A DNA stretch of 64,000 bases from assembly GCA_963555755.3 (NCBI GenBank), contig OY820905.2, positions 1,568,001-1,632,000 of the forward strand, written 5' to 3'. Under the pieces are notes generated by a model. It was not told the origin of the DNA and made no database searches. It was given only the letters and a program-made list of their open reading frames with translations. The first letter of the stretch is position 1. Every line of letters starts with the position of its first letter. This DNA comes from Nitrospirales bacterium (GTDB lineage: Bacteria; Nitrospirota; Nitrospiria; Nitrospirales; UBA8639). Below are positions 39,059 to 48,624 of this stretch, piece by piece. A program made the translations under genes and the position numbers.

Positions 39059-40155
39059 GAATTCAAGTAGCAAGTGCAATTCTTTCTCAAATAAGTGGGA
39101 CGAAGAGATTGTTGAAGAGTTGGTTGGGGGTTCGATACCCTCGTGTTTTTCTTGGACGATTATTGAGGAGGTCGACGGCCTCAGTCACCTGTTGCCAGGA
39201 GATCGTCCGAAAATCCGTGTGTTTCGGGAAGAACTGTCGAAGGAGTCCGTTGGTGTTTTCATTGATGCCTCGCTCCCAGGAGGAATAGGGATGGGCAAAA
39301 TAGGTCGTGGCCTCAAGGGCGCGGGCAATTCGTTCATGTTTCACAAACTCTGAGCCATTATCAAAGGTGAGGGTCTTCACACGCTCTTTGAAGGGGCGAA
39401 GGAGTCGGATGATGGCTTGGCTCAATACGTGGGCGGACCGACTCAAGACTCGAGAGCAGACCGTATACAAGGAGGCTCGGTCCACCACCGTCACCAGCAC
39501 GCTTTTTCGATCTTTCCCAATTACCGTATCACACTCCCAATCCCCGAGGCGTTCTTTCTTGTCCACTTCGTGGGGACGCTCCGTGATCGAAATGCGATTG
39601 GGAATACAGGAGGCGCGGGCTCCCGAGCCATATCGCTTGCGGCGATGGCGACGCCCTTGACGAAGAAATGGTTGTCATGCCGCTTTTCGGGTGGCATCAC
39701 TGTAGATGACCCGATAAATCGTTTCATGACTGAGGCTGAGAGCATGGTGTTGTTTCAGGTACCCGCTGACTTGCTCCGGGCTTACGTATTGCCGCACGAG
39801 CTGCGTGATCAAGTGCGCGTGTTCATCCGTGAGCGTGCGAGACTTCTGTCGATTCGCGTCGTATTTTCGATGTTTCACGATCTGCCTGGCCCAGTGATAG
39901 GTATACACATGACACTGCGGATAGGTATTCCGTTTGAGTTCTCGACTGACTGTTGAGGGGTGACGGCCAAGGGCCTCAGCAATCTGCTGTTGTGTTTTCC
40001 CTTCCCGTCGCGCTTGCCAGATGTAAAACCGTTCTTCGGTGCCTAGGTGTTGGTAGTGTTTCATAGATGCAATTCCTCCGGTGACATGGATTGGTTCAGC
40101 CCCTCATCCTACCCAATTCGGGTGGCGAGAGAAATTGCACTTATTGTATGAATCC
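39059..40155 (-). mobile_element. IS30-family IS, transposase (39087-40064) with a nonsense codon at 39675
   Basis: IAEALGRHPSTVSRELKRN; GDWECDTV, TFDNGSEF, SWERGINENTNG. The two ORFs are in the same frame; imperfect IRs contain AAGTGCAAT. Confidence 0.9.
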
Positions 40156-40347
40156 GCGTCTTGAATGCGATGGTTTCGACATCTTGAAACCCTTCATTTT
40201 GACCAAACAAAATGGTACCGACAGAGGCCGCAGGGTGTCAATTCGCATTCCGGGCATCCATCTTGTCCCCTGACAGAAACGCCATCTTCCCCCTCCGTCA
40301 CCCCGTCAGTGGTTATCGGGGGTCCATCCGGAAAGGCCTGAAAGAGA

Positions 40348-40527
40348 ACCTGGATTCCCGATTAAAAATGTCGGGAATGACGAGGAAGGGACAAGCACCC
40401 TCCGTCCTTCATCCCCACACTTACGCACAAAGGTGCATCAACACGCAGGCGCAATTTGTTAGCGGGGATCCATCTTGGCCCCAGGCAGAAACGGTAACCT
40501 GGATTCCCGATAAAGGATGTCGGGAAT
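40348..40527. repeat. Two TGGATTCCCG-N-CGGGAAT palindromic repeats
   Basis: 40348-40381 and 40497-40527. Confidence 0.6.
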
Positions 40528-41133
40528 CAACGTCTGGCGGCACTTGTTCCGCGTCCCCGCCTCCATCTCATTCGTTTCCATGGCGTGCTGGCACCCAACG
40601 CGGCGTTGCGGTCCCAGATCGTCCCCGGCGCGGCCGACCCGGCACCGAACCTCGTCAATGGAGACGGCGATCGCTCCTCGGCCTCCACGCGGGCCCGCAT
40701 GAGCTGGGGCCAATTACTCAAACGCGTCTTCGCCATCGACATTACCACCTGTCCACAATGCGGCGGGCCATTGACCATCCTCGCGGGGATCGAAGATCCC
40801 ACCGTGATCATCAAGATTCTGGGCCACCTGGGCCTACCCCGCCGCGCCCCACCACGAGCCCCAGCCCGCCTCGACGCATTCATGCAAACAGCCTAATCCC
40901 TCCCCGGATTCCGGTTCGGTACCCGAACCGACACTCCCCCTTTGCCCGTTTCCACCCTACACGCCACGAGCAAGCCACAGATTTGGCATAATCCCTGGCA
41001 AAAGGGCCAGGAAGCCCCGACTCACCGGATGCACTCCCGCCTTTCAGACGGCGAAGTGTGCGGATGGACCCCTCACCGCGTTCTTTGGTACGTGGCGATC
41101 TAGTCAAAAAGGCCTTTTGAATTTCCTATTCCC
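40528..41133 (+). mobile_element. ISCR/IS91-family 3' remnant with oriIS, right copy
   Basis: QRLAALVPRPRLHLIRFHGVLAPNA...CPQCGG; direct repeat of 10340-10934. Confidence 0.85.
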
Positions 41134-41442
41134 TACATACAAAACCCAGGGTGTTGTGCCCACTTCCCTCCGGTGGTGAACTGAACATTTATAAGTTTTT
41201 TACCCTAGGTTAAAAAACGTGAGTACTTTTTTTTAATAAAAACTCTTGACAAAAATAAAAAAAACCGCAATATATTGTGGAACCCGCTTAGCTCACATAC
41301 AGGATACATGTTTTAATAAATAGTGAAAATCAGGCAAAATGTACCATTTTCATCATGAAATTTTTCTTTAAAATAATCGTAGCAGGAGTCGAAACGCCAG
41401 GTTGATTCACGGAAAGAATCACAGCGCGAAAGGAGGCACCCT

Positions 41443-41694
41443 ATGGCTAGTCATGTAACAATAGAACGAGAAGGGGTGGTTTTCAGAAAACGCACATCAA
41501 AAAGTAACGAACAGTGGTTTGTGCGAGTCTCCTGCAATTTGTTCCAGCCACGCGTGTACGGCCCGTTTATCGCGGTGCAGGATGCCGAGCACTTTCGGGA
41601 AGGGGCAGCGTTTGAATTACGAAAGTTGTTGGATTGCCAACTTTCCACCCTTTCCGGTGACGATCATCTCTCCCCCCCACGCATCGAGTTATAA
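41443..41694 (+). CDS. Small hypothetical protein
   Basis: Strong RBS AAGGAGG; AT-rich upstream region with TTGACA at 41246. Confidence 0.6.
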   Translation: MASHVTIEREGVVFRKRTSKSNEQWFVRVSCNLFQPRVYGPFIAVQDAEHFREGAAFELRKLLDCQLSTLSGDDHLSPPRIEL

Positions 41695-41776
41695 TGGTCG
41701 GGTTCGATATTCAGTACCAGGAGCCAATCCATACCGTTGGGTTGAGCGGGACGGCTATTCCCCACCCAAATTCTTT

Positions 41777-41919
41777 AGGGTACCTCTAAAAACTAGGCAT
41801 TTTTTGTGAGGGCAAGGAAGCCGCGCGCGGAAAACCGGAGTGTATGGGCGAATACATGAGGATGTGAGCACGCGGCTGACGCCGCCATCACGGAAAAGGA
41901 CGGTCTTTAGAGGTGCCCT
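41777..41919 (-). mobile_element. MITE family B, copy 2
   Basis: Inverted homolog of 6608-6750. Confidence 0.85.
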
Positions 41920-42483
41920 TTACTTCGCCGACTCACATTCCCTCCACCTGATACGTTTATTTCTGAGAAATACTACGCCCTTGGCCATAAGCATAATCGG
42001 CGCCCACACGAAGAGAGCTTCACTGGCGATCACGTGTAACCCGCGCAGTCCAAAAAAATCTGCCCCAATCGGGGAAACCACAATTGGGGTCCAGGGGAAA
42101 AAATACCGGGTATTATCAAAGGGCGCAAAAAACGCCACACCCAAGCCCCCATTCGTCAGTGCATCCAACACCCCATGAGACGCCGTCACCAGAAAGAAAT
42201 GCGTGACCAAGACCCACCACGTTTTTGATCCTCGTGGTATTCCGGGAAATCCCCACACGACAGTCAGCATTGCCACACCAAAGGCAAAACACAGTGAGTG
42301 CATCAAGCCACGATGCCCCAACACGTGGCTATACTCAATGCCCCAGGCATAGCCAAGGACATCCGCATCGGGCACAATCGAACAGAAGATTGATAACACC
42401 CAAAAGCGCGTGGTCCGGATATGAAATGGCTGGGCCTTTCCCAAGGCTCCAGCCAAAAAGGCATGTGTCAACCAAGAGGCCAT
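41920..42483 (-). CDS. YdjM-family inner-membrane metal-dependent hydrolase
   Basis: TH...VPDAD...HRGLMHSL...SHGVLDALTNGG. Confidence 0.9.
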   Translation of the reverse strand: MASWLTHAFLAGALGKAQPFHIRTTRFWVLSIFCSIVPDADVLGYAWGIEYSHVLGHRGLMHSLCFAFGVAMLTVVWGFPGIPRGSKTWWVLVTHFFLVTASHGVLDALTNGGLGVAFFAPFDNTRYFFPWTPIVVSPIGADFFGLRGLHVIASEALFVWAPIMLMAKGVVFLRNKRIRWRECESAK

Positions 42484-42667
42484 AGATTCTCACCCACGTT
42501 TAGCCGTGACTTCCGTACCACACATTCTCCCCCCCATAATAGAAAGATTATAATGAATCCACGAAAGACGCACTCAATTCTTTTACGGCAACCTTTCCCC
42601 TCTGCTTTATGGCTATTTCAATTAACTTCCGTTGTCTCTGCGGCTGGCGGGAGCACAAGAGCGTAAA

Positions 42668-42777
42668 CCCGAAACTCGAATATCGAAATCCGAAACACAT
42701 GAGAATGACCAATTTGAAAAACTCGAATTTAAGATTTCGGATGTATTTCGACATTCGATATTCGTATTTCGAGTTTA
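42668..42777. repeat. Short-period imperfect palindrome (TCGAAA/TTTCGA units)
   Basis: CGAAACTCGAATATCGAAATCCGAAAC ... TTCGATATTCGTATTTCGAGTTT. Confidence 0.6.
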
Positions 42778-42834
42778 TGGAACTGATTTGAAATGACTAT
42801 AATCACCAAGAGGGTCCCCCACCGATAACTCGCC

Positions 42835-44688
42835 ATGTCACGCAATACCATTATGACCCATGTGTGGCTGCTGACTGGCTTCCTGCTCCTGCTGCCAGTT
42901 CAGGGCATTGGGCAACAACCCAGCCCTTATCAGATCCAAACCCAGGGAGAAGACATTTCATATACTCGGACATCCCGGTACCTCATGATGCGAGATGGCA
43001 TCAAACTCGCCATCGATGTGTATCTTCCTACCTCCTGGCAAGCTGGCCAACGACTGCCCACCATGCTTCATCAAACACGGTATTGGCGAGCCATGGCCTA
43101 CCGATGGCCCCTGAGCGTGTTTAAAGAGACCCTTCCACGAGGGCTCATCGGCCAATACACCAAGCGCTTTTTGGCGAATGGATACGCGTGGGTGAGTATC
43201 GACGTTCGTGGGTCGGGAGCCTCTTTTGGCAGTCGCCGATATTCTCATTCCCCGGAAGAAATCAAAGATGGCGCGGAAATCGTCGAATGGATTGTTCAGC
43301 AGCCATGGTCGAATGGCAAGGTCGGCTCTTTAGGGATTTCATACTCCGGCGCCTCGGCTGAACTCCTCTTGGTGAACCAGCACCCAGCTGTCAAAGCCGT
43401 GGCACCGATGTTTTCAGGCTTCGACTTGTATCCGGAAATTATCTATCCCGGTGGCATTCATCTGAGCTGGTTTACGAAAACGTGGTATCACATCACCAAA
43501 AACCTGGATCGCAATACCCTGCCTTTCGGCAGTTGGCTGGGCGCACTCGCTATCCAGGGAGTACACCCCGTCGATGTGGATCGTGATGAGAGGTTGCTTG
43601 ATCAAGCCATCGCCGCTCACGCGTTCAATTGGAACCCACACAAAGAAGCATTGGGAATCATCTTTCGTGATGATGCGCCCTCCTCGAGCCCAGTCCCCAA
43701 CATCGATGCCTTGGGACCGGTGTGGTACCACGAAAAAATCGACAGCTCGGGCGCCGCGATGTATAGCTATACCGGATGGTTTGATGGAGGCTATCAACAT
43801 GCCGCCATTCGACGACATCTGACGAACCCCAATAATAAATTGATCATCGGCCCGTGGGACCATGGGGGACGCCGGCGCATCAGCCCTTACAGCATCGGGC
43901 CGGTTCAGTTTGATCACGCCGGCGAACTATTGAAATTTTTTGATTACCATCTCAAAGGCATCCAAACAGGGATTAATCGGGAAAAGCCAATCCACTATTT
44001 CACCATGGGCGAGGAGCAATGGAAATCGACCACCTCCTGGCCACCAACGGCAACACCCGTCACATTGCACCTCGCACCAAATTTTGAGTTGCGCGAAGAA
44101 CCGCCTGCAGACGAACACACACAAGACATCTACAAGGTCGATCCCACAGCCGGCACGGGACGGGAGTCCCGCTGGCATACGCTTGTCGGCTTGCCAATCA
44201 ACGATCCCTATCCCGACAGAATAGAACAAGACAAAAAGTTGTTGGTATATACCTCCCCTCCCCTGGAGGATGACTGGGAAGTCACGGGCCATCCTTCTGT
44301 GACCCTGTACTTCAACATCTCAGGCAAAGACGCCACGGTCTTCGCCTATCTCGAAGACGTGAACGAAGAAGGCACCGTCTCGTACGTGACGGAAGGCATG
44401 CTCAGGGCCATTCATAGGAAATTGAGCCAAACACCCGCCCCTTACCGTGATCCTGTTCCCTACCGAACCTACCTCCAAGCCGATAGCCAACCGATCATTC
44501 CTGGGAAGGTCACCACTCTAACATTCAACCTGCTTCCCACCTCCTACCTCTTCAAAAAAGGGCACCGAATTCGCTTGGCCATTGCCGGTAGTGATAGGGA
44601 TCATTTTCGACCATTGCCAGGTCTCTTGCCCTTATTTAGGGTCATAAGAAATCATATGCCTTCCCATTTGACTAAGGTTAGTCCCTAG
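42835..44688 (+). CDS. CocE/NonD-family hydrolase; last 14 codons displaced by IS1595
   Basis: MRDGIKLAID, DVRGSGAS, WSNGKVG..GISYSG, IIGPWDH. The original tail is at 45667-45717. Confidence 0.9.
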   Translation: MSRNTIMTHVWLLTGFLLLLPVQGIGQQPSPYQIQTQGEDISYTRTSRYLMMRDGIKLAIDVYLPTSWQAGQRLPTMLHQTRYWRAMAYRWPLSVFKETLPRGLIGQYTKRFLANGYAWVSIDVRGSGASFGSRRYSHSPEEIKDGAEIVEWIVQQPWSNGKVGSLGISYSGASAELLLVNQHPAVKAVAPMFSGFDLYPEIIYPGGIHLSWFTKTWYHITKNLDRNTLPFGSWLGALAIQGVHPVDVDRDERLLDQAIAAHAFNWNPHKEALGIIFRDDAPSSSPVPNIDALGPVWYHEKIDSSGAAMYSYTGWFDGGYQHAAIRRHLTNPNNKLIIGPWDHGGRRRISPYSIGPVQFDHAGELLKFFDYHLKGIQTGINREKPIHYFTMGEEQWKSTTSWPPTATPVTLHLAPNFELREEPPADEHTQDIYKVDPTAGTGRESRWHTLVGLPINDPYPDRIEQDKKLLVYTSPPLEDDWEVTGHPSVTLYFNISGKDATVFAYLEDVNEEGTVSYVTEGMLRAIHRKLSQTPAPYRDPVPYRTYLQADSQPIIPGKVTTLTFNLLPTSYLFKKGHRIRLAIAGSDRDHFRPLPGLLPLFRVIRNHMPSHLTKVSP

Positions 44689-45666
44689 ACTAGTCTGCTG
44701 GACTATGGACACAGGGTATGCTGCTGATATCTTGGATTTTTCTGTTAGGTTCCACACCGAAGAAGCGTGCTTCGAGTACTTGCGGGCGATTCGGTGGCCA
44801 GACGGGTTTATGTGTCCAGCTTGCGGTCATCGCGGTGGTTGGTGGCTCAAAAAATATTTCCGGTTTGAGTGTTCGTCGTGTCATAGACAGACATCACCGC
44901 TAAGCGGCACAGTGATGCATAGATCGCACTTGCCGCTACGGCTTTGGTTTTGGGCTGCCTATTTCGTCTCCACGCACACACCTGGCATCAGTGCTGTGCA
45001 ATTGCAGCGTCAACTCAGTATCAAGAAGGTGGATAGCGCCTGGTATTTGCTCCACAGATTGCGACGAGGAATGGTACGACAGAACCGTGAACGGCTCGCA
45101 GGAACAGTTGAAGCCGATGAAACCCATATCGGTGGACCGGTAAAAGGCAAAACGGGCCGTGGCGTCGCGAAAGCGAAAACCAAGACGTTAATAGCCGGAG
45201 CCGTAGAAATTGTCACGTACACACAAGGGGATCACTTTCGAGAGAAAGCAGGGCGTTTACGATTAGCGATTCTTCAAGACGCTGGAGAGAACGAGATCAA
45301 AGCATTCCTCAATAGCCATGTCGCTGAGGGCAGTAAGATCAAGTCCGATGGTTGGAAGGGATACTCGGCAAAAGCCTTGGCAGGATACGAACACCTGAGA
45401 CGGACCCAGGGTGACCCAGCAAGTGCTGGGAAGCACGCTCCACACATCCATAGAGCGTTCGGCAATCTGCAGACCTGGCTGAACGGGATTCACCATGGAG
45501 TGGATTCAAAATACCTGCAACACTATCTTGATGAGTTTGTCTTTCGCTATAACCGCCGTGAGACTCCAATGAGTACCTTCCAGAGTTTGTTGAAAATCCT
45601 GACCAGCAGCTCAAAACCCTTGGGATTCAATAAACTGAAGCAACCTTAGTTAAATGGGAAGGCATA
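44655..45666 (+). mobile_element. IS1595-family IS, complete, copy 2 (transposase 44705-45649)
   Basis: 8 bp TSD AGAAATCA; the protein differs from copy 1 by one residue (I/V). Confidence 0.95.
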
Positions 45667-46504
45667 AGAAATCAAATGTCCCCATCCCATCTTATATTGC
45701 CCATCGTGACCAATTAGAAGTCCTCATACACCATTTATTCACAGATACTTGCTGCATTCTACGTAAAAAAAATTCCGCAACCATTTGAATACTTGTGAAT
45801 TTTTAAACAAGTTTGTCTTCGTCCACTAAAATTGGGGACAACCTTGTGGATTAGTTTCGTACAACAGAAAATGACTAAGATAGGATGGGATTTTTGACCT
45901 AGTTGCCTATTAAAAAGGCATTGTGGTTACGACATTCACACCACAAAATCCATGGTGGGGAAGACCCTTGCGGGAGGTTACGTAGACCGATGGGTACACC
46001 CCTCAACCTGACTTCGAGGGAATGTTCAAAAAGCGGATCAGTGGCAACTTTGGTGGAGTCGGGGCCTATTGTGTGGCCATGCTGTGGTGATGCCCAACCA
46101 GGGTCCCAGCATCATCCTTGTAATGGCGCCCCTTATAGGTACCCCATCCCTTTCCCTAAACCAGGGCAGGCAAGGTCAACCTCTCGTCTAGTGTTTCTCT
46201 CTGTTCTTGCTCGTATGGACGCTCACTCTCTACCGTGATGGTTATGGGGAAACGGCCTTCCCTTTGTGTCATGTCGAACGGATGTGAGAAATCCTTGAAA
46301 GGTTGGAAGAGATCTCTCGCTTTGCTCGAGACAAGGATTTCTCTCGTTGGTCGAAATGACACGAGCCTGAGGTTCATCGAATAGGCACACGCATTGATGA
46401 AACCCTACCCTAGGAGTGGGGGCATGGTCTAGGCATCCACATCCGGGACCCCCTTGACGGGAATACCAAACGAGGGGCTAGCCTCACTCCACCAAAATTG
46501 TGAT

Positions 46505-46752
46505 TGATCCCAAAAAGCATGCCCTCGCGGAGGCGGAGGGTTGGTCCAATCCTGTCCTGAGTTTATCGAAGGAAAGGCCGCAGCCATGTTGACGTACGGA
46601 GCGTACATGGAGTACGTGAGCACGGCAAAATGGCGACCTGCCTGCGGGCTGCGCGTTGTGGCGGCTACAGCGCGTACACGCGGAGGCAAGGAACGCCGCT
46701 GGCATGTCTGCCGTGGCCTTGGCGAAGGCTGGCGGCTTTTTTCAACATTCTC
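46505..46752 (-). mobile_element. MITE family A with nested short insertions
   Basis: Family A core interrupted by extra short GC-rich segments. Confidence 0.7.
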
Positions 46753-46791
46753 AATGTTCGCTTTTTTAACCAAACCGGGTAGGATTGGGAA

Positions 46792-46950
46792 AGGGTTCGC
46801 GCAAGAATAACTTCCCCTGTTTGGGTGCTGAGACGCATGTCTGGCAAGACGCGAGGACTGCGCATACTCCTCGTATGGAAAGGACGAGCAACGCTGCCAG
46901 ACGGGATGGATCAACGCCCAAACATGGGAAGTTATTTTTGTGCGAGCCCT
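46792..46950. mobile_element. MITE family C (159 bp), copy 1
   Basis: IR AGGGTTCGCGCAAGAATAACTTCC; other copies at 50504-50662 and 53697-53855. Confidence 0.9.
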
Positions 46951-47002
46951 AACACACACAAAGAAAAGATACTGACATCTGTCCCTCATCAGGAGAATTG
47001 TT

Positions 47003-47773
47003 ATGCCAAAAACATTCATGAGCCTCTTCATACTCTTAATGAGTGTGTGTTGGCACACCCAGGATGCTCAAGCCAAATTCGGCTGGGCCGATGCGGATAT
47101 CGTTCTGGACTATGGAGTAGAAGTCGAGCCGGGGGAGAGACAGGTCATCATCGACCAAGCAGAAGTGGGCTATCCATTTCAAGTGGATGTCGTGTGGCGA
47201 CTGCACCCAAAAGACTGCCTCATCCAAACCCTACAAGACCGAGATGGTGACGGCACACCAGAATGGCAGACGCAATCAGATGACCAGCTGTTTCATGGTA
47301 ACCCTCGGCACGCCATCGCCTCCAATATTGAAACCCTGGCTGTCAGCGCAAAAGAAGGAAAGCCCTGTTACATGGATCCACAGAAAGATGAATTCCTCGT
47401 GGTCTCCGAAATACAACACCTCGAGGAAAAGAACACAGCGCCAACATCATCCATACCGCTGGGCGCACCGCTGGGCGCCACCGTGATGATTCTCCGGGCT
47501 ACCTCATTTTTTACCCCACAGGTGGTGACCATCAAAGCCGGAGAACGCATCGTCTGGATTTACGCCGATGGCGCGAAGGAACCACATACCGCAAGGAGTG
47601 GAGCATGCCGCGGAACAGATTGCACCGAAGGCGGGAGAAAATTCGACAGCGGCGAAACGCTCAACAAAGCCGGCCACCGTTTTGAACACATCTTCAAACA
47701 CCCAGGAACCTTTCCCTACCATTGTGCCCTACATACCGCCAGCATGATCGGAACCATCATCGTCAAACCATAA
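47003..47773 (+). CDS. Exported protein with a C-terminal cupredoxin (type 1 copper) domain
   Basis: Signal peptide; FTPQVVTIKAGE...EPHT...PGTFPYHCALHTASMIGTIIV (H/C/H/M ligands). Confidence 0.85.
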   Translation: MPKTFMSLFILLMSVCWHTQDAQAKFGWADADIVLDYGVEVEPGERQVIIDQAEVGYPFQVDVVWRLHPKDCLIQTLQDRDGDGTPEWQTQSDDQLFHGNPRHAIASNIETLAVSAKEGKPCYMDPQKDEFLVVSEIQHLEEKNTAPTSSIPLGAPLGATVMILRATSFFTPQVVTIKAGERIVWIYADGAKEPHTARSGACRGTDCTEGGRKFDSGETLNKAGHRFEHIFKHPGTFPYHCALHTASMIGTIIVKP

Positions 47774-48624
47774 TTAAAAAGTGAAAAATCTCTGAGCGCT
47801 CAGTATTGCGCTCCAGACCTGTGTGAGTTCCAGTAAAAAAGGAACTTGCCGTTAAGGCCCCTGGGAAGGCTCCGACATGGTAACCCCATAGCCCAAATGG
47901 CAAGTGGAATAAGAATTACACTGCCATGGTTCTCGGACGCTCACGCAGCAGAGCAAGCAAACTGTTAAAAAAAACAGATTTCACCAGCCTTACAATGAAC
48001 TGCCCCACTGCAGGCAGCGGGGCATCAAATTTCCAAGATTCGAATTTGCACACGGCACACCGCGGAAAGTGACACATTTAAATCGAGTCTGACCCCTTTA
48101 ATTTTCTCTCGGCTTGCGGAAAGGTAAGATCTGATCAAAACGTGGTGAACAGGGACTATGAGGAAATAGGGCAATCCGATGATCTGTTGGAATATGCCGA
48201 ACGGGAGATCTTTCAACGAGCTCAGAGCCGATTAGGCTGTTTGTTTGTTTCCGTTTCGTCAAATCATTAAGAAAAGCATCGAGATTGTCGATCGGTGATA
48301 TACATGGTCTTACCCATAGCCCTCCTTTCTGGATCGAATCGCCATATCGTGAAACGGTATGTGTCGGCTCATCCTAAACACCTCGTGGAATTCTGTGAAG
48401 CGCATGTGTCATTCGATGGACACGGGACTTGAAGAGCACGTTGTGGCGTGGAAAGTTTTGGTTAAATGGCAACGATATGGAGACCGTGGGTGAGGGTGGG
48501 AATGAGCGGGTTGTCGAACCGTTTGTGCAGGAGAAAGGCACACCGCGAGAAGAAAAACGTCGGTTAAATCTTTTGTATATCCCCTGGTCTAGCCATGGGG
48601 TTCTGAATTGATCAATCGTTTGGG

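Noticed and set aside
41246..41276. Sigma70 promoter TTGACA...TATATT
   Set aside because: The spacer is 19 bp; plausible but not supportable without TSS data.
7052..45666. Composite transposon formed by the two inverted IS1595 copies
   Set aside because: Each copy has its own intact, different 8 bp TSD, so they are independent insertions.
47780..48420. Riboswitch, or a degenerate minus-strand ORF with RBS AAGGAGG
   Set aside because: No complete aptamer consensus was recognised, and the ORF is broken with no recognisable family.
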